DNA of 63,621 nucleotides, counting the filler, from Octopus bimaculoides (lineage: Eukaryota), in NCBI RefSeq assembly GCF_001194135.2. It is 6 parts of 5 records of this genome, joined end to end, with 100 filler letters (N's around TTAATTAATTAA, not from the genome) between each part and the next. Parts side by side here need not be neighbours in the genome. Positions count along the whole stretch, not along the records: positions 28,619 to 51,164 come from NC_069000.1; positions 51,265 to 58,045 come from NC_068989.1; 4 more parts are not named here. The stretch is one strand, 5' to 3'. Below the pieces are notes generated by a model. The model was not told the DNA's origin. It was given only the letters and a program-made list of their open reading frames with translations, and searched no databases. Each line of letters starts with the position of its first letter. Within the stretch, counting starts at the first letter, position 1. Shown piece by piece: positions 42,985-53,975 of this stretch. The position numbers were made by a program, and so were the translations under genes.

Positions 42985-43210
42985 AATGGTATACGACTCA
43001 CAATCGTAATGTCGTGAGTTCGATTCCCGGCGGCGGGTTGTATCCTTGAGAATGCCATTTTATTTCATGTTGCTCCAGTCCATTGGAATCTCCCTGAAAA
43101 CTACGTTAAGGGCACGCGTATCAGTGGAGTACTCAACCACTTGCACGTTAATTACACGAGATGGTTGATCGGATCAACTGGACCACTTGTCGTCGTAACC
43201 GACGGAGTGC
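42985..43210 (+). mobile_element. SINE head (family D) fused to family E body
   Basis: gagttcgattcccggc..gttgctccagtcca, then ccctgaaaactacgttaagggcacgcg..ggagtactcaaccacttgcacgttaatt. Confidence 0.7.
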
Positions 43211-43239
43211 ATGATTTTTATGCATATCTCCGAATGTGT

Positions 43240-43435
43240 GAGTTGTTGTGGGGGGGATAAGTCGAGTACATCAACCGCATTACTTGACTGGTACTTTATT
43301 TTATCGATCCTGAAAATATGAAAGGCAAAGTTGACTTTGATAAAATTTGAACCCGGAGCGTAAATAATCGGAAGAAATGCCACTGAGCATTTTATTTTGC
43401 TCGATACACTAACGACTCTGCCAGCTCACCGCATT
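43240..43435 (-). mobile_element. SINE family C
   Basis: tgaaaggcaaagttgact..aaatttgaacc..ctaacgactctgccagctcaccgc. Confidence 0.8.
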
Positions 43436-43758
43436 TTAAGTTTTCGTTTAGTTCCAGAATCCCTGGGGTGCGACGGTCACCGTGAACGTAGTTTGATCCC
43501 CGCCGCCGCCGATACGCACTCGTCCTGACAGACGGGAACACGATCGCGACCACGAGCAAGAGGACGTCCGGAAGCGGAAGTAAGACAAGGAGCGCGAGCA
43601 CGATTACGTCACGTGGATTCGCATGAGCACGAGTGTTATCATTAGAAAACTTGCTGTTTATTGATAATTCTTTATGTCTTGTTTCTGTCAATTTACATTA
43701 AAAAAAAAACCCCTCCAAATAACCATTTATATAATTTATTTCTCCTTTATTTCTGCAG

Positions 43759-43907
43759 TCTGCCGTATTTTTATTAATGCCAAAACTAGAGATGGGATCA
43801 TTTCCGAAGAAGATATTCCTACATCAGTTATGAGCATCATTAAAAGGTCGAGAACCAAAGTGCCGATTGATTGCACATGGGAGATACGCGTTCCTCCCGA
43901 CAGTCAT
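43759..43907 (+). CDS. Neto: Neto-like CUB domain (CUB2) N-terminal exon: CRIFINAKTRDGIISEEDIPTSVMSIIKRSRTKVPIDCTWEIRVPPDSH
   Basis: Acceptor ttctcctttatttctgcag, donor GTAAGA, 149 nt, phase 1-0. C...DGII.S and DCTWEI are CUB motifs; splices in frame to 45278. The Neto assignment rests on family resemblance and was not database-checked. Confidence 0.85.
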
Positions 43908-44099
43908 GTAAGACATGTCTTTTTGTTTTTAAATACTACTTTTGTTTTTCATGTTAATTTTAATATTTTGTTTACTTCATTGAAAAAAAAAATGTGTTTG
44001 CCGTACTTATCTTCACACAAACAACGAACTTCAAAACAGGCATATCTTCATCACCATCATTATCCGGTTTACATGGCGTATAAGTAACCGAGATCACAA

Positions 44100-44280
44100 C
44101 ATTACCCCCTGAACGGGACGCCAATCAATCGCAGGGTTAGCCCTTTACAGCTGAGTGTGAACTGGAGCAACGTGGAATGAAGTGTTTTACTCGATAACAC
44201 AACGCATTGCCGAGTTCGGTAATCGAAACCAAGATAATTCGAGTGTAAGTGCAACACACTAACCACTAGGCCACGCTTCT
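44100..44280 (-). mobile_element. SINE family D-related copy
   Basis: gctgagtgtgaactggagcaacgtggaatgaagtgttttactc..gtaatcgaaacc..accactaggccacgc. Confidence 0.75.
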
Positions 44281-44699
44281 TCAAAACAGAAACACCAGGT
44301 GTAATATTATACGGAATGAGACGATTAGACGCAGATGTTCGGTCGCTGATGATATGGTACGGCTGACTGAACATTCAGCCTGTTTTGATGATCGTCAAGA
44401 AACAACGATACCTTTTTCCTCGTGGTGGAGGTGAAAATTCTACCACCCACTCAGTGTACAGCAACAGCCAGCGTACTTCCATGCTACTTCGGGCCTTTAG
44501 TCATTCTACTGACAGCTAAAGGTCCCTTACGCTTTACCTTGAACTGCAATGGTCTTCTGTTGGGTACTCATCACCGCAGAGTAGCCTATTCTCATTATTA
44601 GAGCTAATTTCCTCCGTTAGTTCGACCTGTTAGTAGATATTAAGCTTATTTTGCATGTCGTATAACAAGAAACAAGCGGAATATACAATATGTCAGTAT

Positions 44700-44860
44700 A
44701 AAGCACGCCGGGCAAAATGCTTTGCGGCATTTCGTCTGTCTTTACGTTTTGAGTTCAAATCCGCCGAAGTCGACTTTCGGGGTCGATGAAATAAGTACCA
44801 GTTGAGCACTGGATCAATGTAACCGACTTGGCTCCTTGTGCCGAAACTTGAAACCAATGT
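44700..44860 (+). mobile_element. SINE family C
   Basis: agcacgccgggcaaaatgct..gagttcaaatccgccgaagtcgacttt cggggtcgat. Confidence 0.85.
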
Positions 44861-45277
44861 ATAAATAAGTACAATATATTATCATAAAATCACAGGCATT
44901 GAAATATAAACATGACCCCAGTATATAACCACGAACTAGGAACACACTATTTGAGATTTGCAAACAGCTCGCTTGTTCAAGTGTTGTCAATTGAAAGCTC
45001 TGTCCCTTTGACGCTTATAGGTTCGAGGAGTCATCGGGAGAGAATGCATATCGTTTGAGGGCGCATTCAGTAAGATGAGTGGGCAGTGTGCTGTAAAGTC
45101 GTTGAGAGGAAGGCTCCGAAATGACGCGCATTCGTTCCTGGTGACTCCTTGGAAGCTACCGACATGCAGAGCTTTCGATTGACAGTACTTGCATGCCCAA
45201 GCAAGCTGTCTGCACTTTGAAAACCTATAAACACAAACTGGGAACATACCGTTTGAAAGTCTTTCATACTTTTTCAG

Positions 45278-45509
45278 GTGCAGCTATCTCCAGTATCAAT
45301 CGAATTAACAAGATCCGGAGAGTGTGATCTCAACTACATGAGTTTTTATATGCCTACGACCATTCTAGAAGCATTGTCTGCGAAATATTGTGACGGTAGA
45401 AAAGTGGTGCCAATATCTTCGGATAGAAACCGTATTTTCCTGAGAATTTTTAGTAAGACTATATATTTGATGCCGAAATTCAAATTTTTATACACTGTTT
45501 TTAGAAATG
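45278..45509 (+). CDS. Neto: Neto-like CUB2 C-terminal exon: VQLSPVSIELTRSGECDLNYMSFY...KYCDG...RIFLRIFS...KFKFLYTVFRN
   Basis: Acceptor ctttcatactttttcag, donor G/GTAAGA, 232 nt, phase 0-1, open. EC..NY, YC and F...YT.F complete the CUB fold; the EC..N variant matches my recollection of Neto CUB2. Confidence 0.85.
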
Positions 45510-45657
45510 GTAAGAATGCCCGCTTCTATTTATTCATTTTTGCATGTTTTGACATTGTCTTGCTTTGTTACATCTATTTTGTTGAATCTTGGGAGGGTCG
45601 CTATGTCAATATAAACATGCGCATTGACTCAGTTTCATTTTTTAATTTTTATTTGTA

Positions 45658-45729
45658 AATTGGTTAACCATTTCGCCAATTGACTAATCAAACAATCGAT
45701 TAGTTAGTCGGTTAAATGGTTAACCAATT
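45658..45729. repeat. Small palindromic hairpin / MITE-like remnant
   Basis: Perfect 16-bp IR AATTGGTTAACCATTT/AAATGGTTAACCAATT with inner TGACTAATC/GATTAGTTA. Confidence 0.7.
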
Positions 45730-46584
45730 GACAAATGATAATAAACGAAGTGAAAGAGAACCAGTGCGTGTGTTATTATTAGCCTAATGACCCTCCAGAG
45801 ATATAACAAAACCTGCTTCGACACACGAGTTCACATCAAGGATCTTGCAAACAAAATACGAAAACGAGCTTATATTTATTTACGTAAATGAATGCTATTT
45901 TTGTATCAGAATGATATTCCGATAAAATACATTTTACAGAAGTGGTGACTTCTAAGTATTATTTATACACAACTGCATAACATTTACAGTATTATACCAA
46001 TGTAAGAAAGACGGTTGCTCCTGGTCGATCATTACCGAGCAGCTCTGTTACCGAAGACCTTCTCGCCTTTTTGAGGATACGCTCACCTTTCAAGTTATCT
46101 GAGAATACACGCACCTTTCACTTTATTATACAATACCTTTATGAAATAAACATGTTTTTCCGTTAGAGAGGGCACAACATCTGTTGTAACGTTTGTCAAC
46201 TTCTTTCAAAGTAAACCAAATCCACTTGAAGCAGTTGCTATCACTGTTAAAGAAATCTTGGCCAGTTTTAGTTTCATTTGATGGTCCAACTGACATCGAC
46301 TCTTCAGTAACTACAATATATATATATATATATATATATACCTTCAGTTCCTCAAACAAATATACGAGTTGAATTGTATATTGCATAACAGTGCTCTCAT
46401 CTAGCGCCAGTGAGTATCATATTTGACAAAGGTATAGCTTCAGTTCCTGGTTTTCCTTCTGAGCAGACAGCCCATAAAAAATTCTGTTTTAGAAAACGAT
46501 TTACGCTTTGCAGTTTGATAATCAAGGACGAAACAAGCCATTGTCGGAGCTTCTAGTACGGTTAGCTATTTCACATGCCGAACA

Positions 46585-46759
46585 AAATGTTTAGCACCAT
46601 TTCTTTCGGTTTTGCGTTCTAAGCTCAAATGCCCGCTGAGTCGACTTTGCCTTTCATCCTTTCGGGGTCGACTAAATAAGTACCAGTTACGCACTGGGGT
46701 TGCTGTAATCGACTATCCCCCTCCCTCAAATTTCAGGCTTTGTGCCTATAATAGAAAGG

Positions 46760-46760
<1 letters not shown>
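46585..46760 (+). mobile_element. SINE family C with (ATT)n tail
   Basis: gtcgactttgcctttcatcctttcggggtcgac..tgtgcctataatagaaagg(att)n. Confidence 0.85.
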
Positions 46761-46807
<47 letters not shown>

Positions 46808-47253
46808 GTTGTTGTTGTTGTTGTTGTTGTTATTTGTAGTAGTAGTCATTACGGTACTATTACGGTCTTGCTCTTTCTGCATCTCTCTCTCTATTCNNNN
46901 NNNNNNNNNNNNNNNNNNNNNNNNNNNNNNNNNNNNNNNNNNNNNNNNNNNNNNNNNNNNNNNNNNNNNNNNNNNNNNNNNNNNNNNNNNNNNNNNNNNN
47001 NNNNNNNNNNNNNNNNNNNNNNNNNNNNNNNNNNNNNNNNNNNNNNNNNNNNNNNNNNNNNNNNNNNNNNNNNNNNNNNNNNNNNNNNNNNNNNNNNNNN
47101 NNNNNNNNNNNATCAAGAAAAACGTACTCTTCAAAATACTGATTTAAAAATCTATAAAATCCAAAAGAAAAGTTTATAATCCATAAAATCTATAAAATAT
47201 TAGATAAAAAATTTAATTCAGTTTAGTAAATTTATAAAAAGAAAGTGAATAAT

Positions 47254-47359
47254 AGACTACGCGCGTTTCGTGGCCACATAATAGCGGAAAAGATCTGTGC
47301 AATTTACAATAAATCGATCAAGATAAGTTCCACTCAGCATGAAGACACTCTTCAGGTCT
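47254..47359 (-). ncRNA. Minimal type-I hammerhead ribozyme, canonical core, long helix II
   Basis: Minus strand: AGAC-CUGAAGA-GUG[...]CAC-GAAA-CGCGCG-UA-GUCU. Helix I AGAC/GUCU, G10.1:C11.1 pair, palindromic helix III; internal helices AGUGGAA/UUCCGCU and CGAUUUA/UAAAUUG. Confidence 0.85.
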
Positions 47360-47961
47360 TGTAAATTCAAAAAACGTATCCTAATATTTAAATAATGCAA
47401 ATAAAATAAAATAGGAAAAAGTAGAAATATCTGTACGTTTAGGAAAGCAATTATTAGTACAATACATAAAATCTCAAGGTTTTATAATACTAATCCTCTG
47501 TCAAGTTAAAGGCATAATTCGTCTAATGAAGAAATGCTTTCTGTGGATTAAGATATAAAAAGATAGAGTTATTAACTATTAAATGAACTCGAACGTTTAA
47601 CAATATTAATAAAAAGAACAGCATCACTTATCTTATCAAAGATTCCTTGTTGACTGTAGTATTACCTATGAAGCATAGAGTTTATACGATGTGTGTCACG
47701 TGACAAAATGGTATTTCTCCGTGAACACAAATATCAAACCTTCTATGTAGAATTAAAATATGGCGTCATAGGGATAAGAGAGAAGAAGAACGTATTAAAT
47801 GAATAAAATGACGAAGTATGTATAATAGACGGGAAACTAATCAATAGTATACTATATAGTGGAAGAAAATTTAATTATTATTAAAGTTTAAGTGATAAGA
47901 GCTAATAAATGTAATAAGTATCTAAAGTACGTAAGTTATACTATATTATGAGGAATAATAA

Positions 47962-48598
47962 TATTTCTCGGACGAGTCATCCTTTACCTCATTTCCAACC
48001 ACCAGCCGAGTATACGTGTGGAGACAGCCAAAACAAGCATTTGATCCAGACTGCTTTCTTCCAACTGTTAAACATGAAGGAGGATCTGTGATGATCTGGA
48101 GGACTCTATCTTGGAAATCCGTCGGCCCAATGGTTTCCCTTTATAGCAGAATTAATGGTCAAGACTATTTAAGCATTTTATCTCATCAAATTCATCTTAT
48201 AGTTGCGGAACTGTTTCCAGAGGGAAACGCGGTCTTTCAGGATAATAATGCACCAATTCACACAGCTAAAGTTGTTACTGAACGGCACGAGAAACATTCT
48301 GGTGAAGTTGGACATTTTATCTGGCCACCACAGTCCCTAGTTCTCAATATTATTGAACATTTATGGTGCATTTTAGAAAAACAAGTTAGGGGTCGATATC
48401 CTCCAGCATCACTGCAAGAACTGGAGACTGTTTTAGCTGAAGAATTGACAAAAATTCCTTTGGAAACAATTCAAACCTTGTACGAGTCCATACCTCGTAG
48501 AATTCAAGTTGTAATTACTGCCAAAGGCGGTCCTACCCCATATTAAAATAATTTTGTTTGAAATTTTAAGGTGTTTCCATTATTTTGTCCAACCCCTG
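47962..48598 (+). mobile_element. Tc1-family transposon 3' half with right TIR
   Basis: Open frame 47965-48546: FSDES...KHEGGSVMIW...FQDNNAPIH...WPPQS..LNIIEHLW...AKGGPTPY*. TIR (reverse complement CAGGGGTTGGACAAAATAATGGAAACAC) followed by TA. Confidence 0.95.
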
Positions 48599-48934
48599 TA
48601 TATATATATATATATTAATTGAAGTGTACAGTATTATATATCCATTATGGGCGATCTTAGCAATCGGTTTCGCACTAAAGATTCAACAGGGTGTTAGATA
48701 ACAGCCCGATTATGTAACCCTGTTAACGCTGATAAAGCCCGTCATTCTTGCAAAGGACCTTGGGAATAATTTTATAGCTCATAAAATCATCAACGCCCTA
48801 TTTAAATCCCTGCAGATTTCACGATATCATGATAAAATAATGTTTACATGTCATGTACTTGTGTGTTTAATTTAGCTGGATATTTTATTATCACTATAAC
48901 TCCCGTAGTTATTTCTTTTTAATTCTACAACTTC

Positions 48935-49295
48935 GCATTGCAACCATGCGGTTTCGGGTTCAGTCCCATTGCGTGACACTTTGGGAAAGTGTCTTTTACT
49001 ATTGCTCTGAGCCAGCCAAAGTGTTGTGAGTGAATTTATTAGAAGTACACTGTATGAAAGACCGTCGCATATGTGTGTGTGTATGTGTGCGTGTGTATGA
49101 GAGACTTTACAACCGGTGATGGTTTGTTCACGTCCCCGTAACTTAGTGCTTCAGTAAAAGAGAACAATAGAATAAATATCAGACTTTAAAACAAAATAAT
49201 AAATACTGAGATCAATTTCTTCCAGTAAAACCTTTCAAGATGATGCCCCAGCATGGGCGCGGTCCAATGACTGAAACACGCGAACGATAAAAGAT
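48935..49295 (+). mobile_element. SINE family AB, diverged near-full copy
   Basis: gggttcagtcccattgcg head, internal TG tract, cacgtccccgtaacttag...ccccagcatggg..atgactgaaac tail. Confidence 0.8.
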
Positions 49296-49984
49296 CAACA
49301 TGGTCAAAGCAAAACAAAGAAAAACCAACAAGACAATTTCCCCGCTGTTTTGATTCCGTATTCAATTTTTTTGCGTCCGTTTGCTTTGTTTCATTTCGAT
49401 TTTTAATCAGAGCTTATGTTTGTACAGCTTATTCAGTATGTAACTCTGGTTCTACTTAGGCATTAACAGTTAAATTCGTTTTCTTTTACTTTATCTAAAT
49501 TAGTTTTTTTTTTCTTTCTTCAAGATTATCTGATCTATTACCGATGTTTCTGATACAGCTGTAGTTGACCTTGATATTATTTCTAATAACTAATTTACAC
49601 TACTTATCACCAACTAGAAAAAATGTATTAATCGTGTGAATGTGCGAAGATTAGAATTTCTTTCATATATATATATATATATATATAGCACAAGTTACAC
49701 ATAGACTGAGATTTCGCTTAATAGAGATCAAAAGTTCAATTTACAGTACGAACACAAATAACAACTACGATAGCACAAGTGATAACAACGATAAACTTTC
49801 GCATTTTGCGCAAACACATACGCTCCCACTCGCATATATGTTTATGTTGTACATCCATAAAAGCGCTAACTCTGGACACACACACACACACACATGGGCA
49901 CACACATAAACACGCGCGCGTCGCGCACACATATATGTGTATATGTATATATATGTATATGTGTGTGTTTGTGTGTGTGTGCGT

Positions 49985-50375
49985 GTGTGTTTGTGCATAT
50001 GTATACATATATATCTATACATATATGTATATATATGTGCATTTGTGTGTATATATGTATACATATATGTATGTATATATACATATATGTATGATATAAT
50101 GTACATATGTGTGTATGTATATATATATATATATATATATACATATACATATGTTTGTATGTAGGTAGTGTGTGTGTGTGTGTGTGCATATGTGTATATA
50201 TATATCTATACATATATGTATATATATGTGCATTTGTGTGTATATATGTATGCATATATGTATGTATACGTATGTATATATACATATATGTATGATATAA
50301 TGTACATATATGTATGTATATATATATATATATATATATATACGCATACATATGTATGTAGGTAGGTATGCCACA
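49985..50375. repeat. Tandem duplication of a ~180-bp compound microsatellite unit
   Basis: gtgcatatg..atatctatacatatatgtatatatatgtgcatttgtgtg..gtatgatataatgtacat occurs twice. Confidence 0.8.
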
Positions 50376-51113
50376 GACATACAAGTGTACGTGTGTGCGT
50401 TAGATGCGCACCCATATGTATTTATTGCAAATATCCTCTCACGCCCTGACTTGTTTGTATAAGGAAGCGTATCATGCACCAGTATGCACACGCACTTATT
50501 CATTTCGTACATGCGCACAACTGCACAAGCTTACACTTGTGCACGTAGATGCATGTAGCAATTGGCTAAGGTATTGTCGGAGAGGAACCAAGTAAGCAGT
50601 TGGCAGTGCTGGAGGTGAAAGTGCGAAGAGTGGTAAGTTTGTTTAAGAGATGTTTATGGGGAAAGAGAGCAGAAGGGTTGGAGGGGAAAAAGGGAGGAGT
50701 GAAAAAGAAGGAAAGGAAGGAAGGGAAGAGAACGAAAGAAAGAAAAGAAGGAAAGAAAGACACAAAGGAAGAAAGAGAAGAAAAGAAGACGAGAGAAAGG
50801 AAGAAAGACTGAAAGGAAGGAAAATGAGGTGGGAGGAAGAGTGAAAGAGGAAACTTGGAACTTATAAGAAAACAGGAAATAGAAAGGAATGAATCGCATA
50901 AAGAGAGAGAGAGAGAGAGAGAGAGTGGGGGGGTGATAAAGGTGAAAAAGGACATGATGGGAGCAAAGAGGGGAGGGTGAGAAAGAAAGCGGGAGATAAG
51001 AAGAGAGAGAGGAGGAGGACTAGGACAGAAAAATAGGGAGAGAGAAACAGAGAAAGAGAAAAAGAGAAAGATACACAAACGCATACGCACATACACACTT
51101 ACATACAGAAACA

Positions 51114-51164
<51 letters not shown>

Positions 51165-51273
51165 NNNNNNNNNNNNNNNNNNNNNNNNNNNNNNNNNNNN
51201 NNNNNNNNTTAATTAATTAANNNNNNNNNNNNNNNNNNNNNNNNNNNNNNNNNNNNNNNNNNNNATATATACA

Positions 51274-51309
<36 letters not shown>

Positions 51310-51802
51310 TGTAGACGTAACCATATGCTTATCAAGGTGAGTGGGAGCGTGTGCATAAATGTGTGCAACCGTGTGTGTGTGACAATGTGTGTATGTGTAT
51401 GTATCTGCGTGTGCGCGTGTATATAATATATATATATATTAAGGAAATGCTGAAAATATTTTTTTTTTCTGGTGGGGGACAGAAAACGAAAGCTAATTAT
51501 AAAGTGTTATCAAAACAGAAACGACAGATTGTGTTTAATATGAACTGATTAGAAAACTTAAAAAAAATATGTATAATTAACCATTTCTTTTTAAGCAGAA
51601 AGTTGGTCAGCCGCATTTAATTCGAGCCCGATTTTGATATAGGGAAAAAAGTATGAATAAATTACAGTTTGTTTAACCGGAGATCACTTTTGAGAGAGAC
51701 TAGAATCTAAAAATCGGGCAAATAGTTTATTTGGAACATAAATTTATAATAGATATTCTTCTAACTTATATTAAGCTGCTTGGTGGTTCCGGTCGAAACA
51801 GC

Positions 51803-51841
<39 letters not shown>

Positions 51842-51931
51842 CGTAACCCATGTAAGCTTTTTTCTTGCTTTCTTCTCGTTTTTATCTCCTTTCCTCTCTC
51901 TTCTTCTCTCTTGTGCCTCCTGAACTTTCCT

Positions 51932-51974
51932 CTAGCATCTGATGAAGGACCAAATCCGAAACGTGTCATATTTT
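51932..51974 (+). ncRNA. Degenerate minimal hammerhead motif (PLE-type)
   Basis: CUGAUGA-A-GGA ccaaa UCC-GAAA-CGUG-UC; the core is intact but helix I is poorly paired. Confidence 0.5.
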
Positions 51975-52119
51975 ACTCTATAGGTTTTACTTTATAACAC
52001 TTTTTTCTTCGGCCACTCTAATAATATGAACCGTGAACAGCCCATGAACCTTTATTGCTTTTATCATTTGATTTGTTTATAAATATATTTATATATATAC
52101 ACACACACACAGATATATA

Positions 52120-52775
52120 TATGAGACGTATCCAGGTGTAGGTGGTTTATCCGGTATTTCCTGGAGGAATTTGTTTGAAAATTGTGAGGTCTTTTTCTAT
52201 TTTAATTTCTTTGGGGATAACTTTGAAAAGAGCAGAACCATTTGCAGTGACGAAATTGAGTCACTATGTTCTTTTGTGATGTGACCTGGACCTTTGTAGG
52301 GCACGCATTGCACAGGGGTCTAACCTCGGGTGAATTTTAAACATAATACCGATATCGTTTGGATAATATTGGTGGAATATTTTTCACATAGTGCAAATAA
52401 TGTATCGCTCACGGCGGCGTTGCAGAGAATAGAGTTTCAGCTGTTTAAGTCGAACCCAATAATCATGCTATTTATTTTTTTAATGATTGTTCTTTGTGGC
52501 GCTTCGATCCTCATTACGGTTTTTTTTAATAGAGAACCACAATGAGCAGCAGTGTTCGAGGTGGGGCCTAGCGAATGTGGAGAAGAGAAGGATGATGGTC
52601 TCATGATCCCTAGATTGAAAAGTTCCGAGGATCCATGGGCAAATTCTGCGGGCAACATCGACTTTTTAGTTGATGTGCACACTCCAACTAAAGTTGCTGT
52701 CGACAGTTACACCTAAGTCTCTGATATTATCCAACGGTTCAAGTAGGTCTCCCGACCGTAGTGTATTTGGCATAT
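52120..52775 (-). mobile_element. CR1/Jockey-like LINE RT C-terminal fragment
   Basis: IRDLGVTVDSNFSWSVHI, FARPHLEHCCSLW, YWVRLKQLKLYSLQRRRERY, EIPDKP. Confidence 0.9.
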
Positions 52776-53117
52776 ATATATTTACTCACTCTGTGATTGA
52801 ACTCATGTGTTCTAGATACACTCCTGCATTTCACATTTAATCAGTGCTTATATTTACAATTTCACGCTGAATATACATAGATAGAGACACTCGCGCGCAT
52901 GTGCCTGGATATTTATTCATACATAAATAAGCATGATTCATATTTTGGTAAAAACACATTACGTCTTAAATCTGACACCCAGTTGTAATTAAAAGAAACC
53001 TGAAAAACTTAATTAAGAGATATCATTACCAAAAATTCTGTCGGTTGAGAGAGATGACATCTGTCATTTGATGGGGATTATTTATATTTCAACGTAAACA
53101 TTTATCTTTTTCCTTTC

Positions 53118-53512
53118 AGCCTTTACTTGTCTCAGTAGTCAATGAACTGCGGCCATGCTGGGGCACCGCTTGAAGAGTTTAATCGAACAAATCGTTCCAG
53201 TACTTATTTTCCTGTAAGTCTGGTAGTTATTCATTCTATCGGTTACTTTTGCCAAGCCACTAAGTTACGGTTATGTAAACAAACCAACATCCTATTATCA
53301 AACGGTGGTAGGGACAAACATAACACAATCACAACATGCACATATATACGATGGGATTGCTCACAGTCTCCGTCTGCCAAATTCACTGACAAAGCATTGG
53401 TCGGCGGGGCTATAATAAAAAGCAATTATCCGAGGTGTCACCCAGGGGGACTAAACTCAAAGCCACTCAGTTGAAAAGTGATCTTCTTAAGCACATTACC
53501 ATAGCTGCGTCT
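53118..53512 (-). mobile_element. SINE family AB
   Basis: Reverse complement of the tail (ctgcggccatgctggggcaccgc) and head (gggactaaactc). Confidence 0.75.
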
Positions 53513-53714
53513 ATAACTATAAGCTTTCACTTCTTTTGACCTTTTGTCGTTTAGATTTTCTTTATCATCTCAAATTCGATCTGTAAGTTTTAGACATACA
53601 TTTATAACCAGGAACGTCAGCAGGAGGTAGTTTAGAGTTCGAATCATTGACCCGACAGAGTTACTAATAATATTTTCTACCGAAACCGCCAATTGTCAAA
53701 GAGAGAATTAAATG

Positions 53715-53975
53715 ATTCGGGTTTGCCAGCCTCGGCCATTTGGCTGCGTTGCTCGATTTTCCAAGTTAGTCCCAGCTGATCGTGTTCTCTTCGCTGGGTT
53801 GACGGCTCGCGTTGGCCGACCATGTGCCCTCTGGTCACGGTAGATGAGGAGGTATTTTGCGGTGGGGTGGAGGGAGAAGCTGGGACTGTACTCGACAGGT
53901 CGTCCGGGAGGACCTAGAATTAGACCAACAGACGGAGGATGCAACAACGCGCTGCAACGGTGCCCCGTTAATTGT
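53715..53975 (+). mobile_element. Possible RTE LINE 3' remnant
   Basis: LADHV...ILRW...GRSWDCTRQVVREDLEL..TEDA loosely matches the RTE C-terminus. Confidence 0.35.

Noticed and set aside
43392-43691. Minus-strand 99-aa ORF with a hydrophobic, TM-like stretch
   Set aside because: It overlaps a SINE and is the antisense reading of a purine/CG-rich block; there is no other support.
46265-46315. Minus-strand CTGAAGA GTC...GAC
   Set aside because: GAAA is not adjacent to helix II and there is no helix I.
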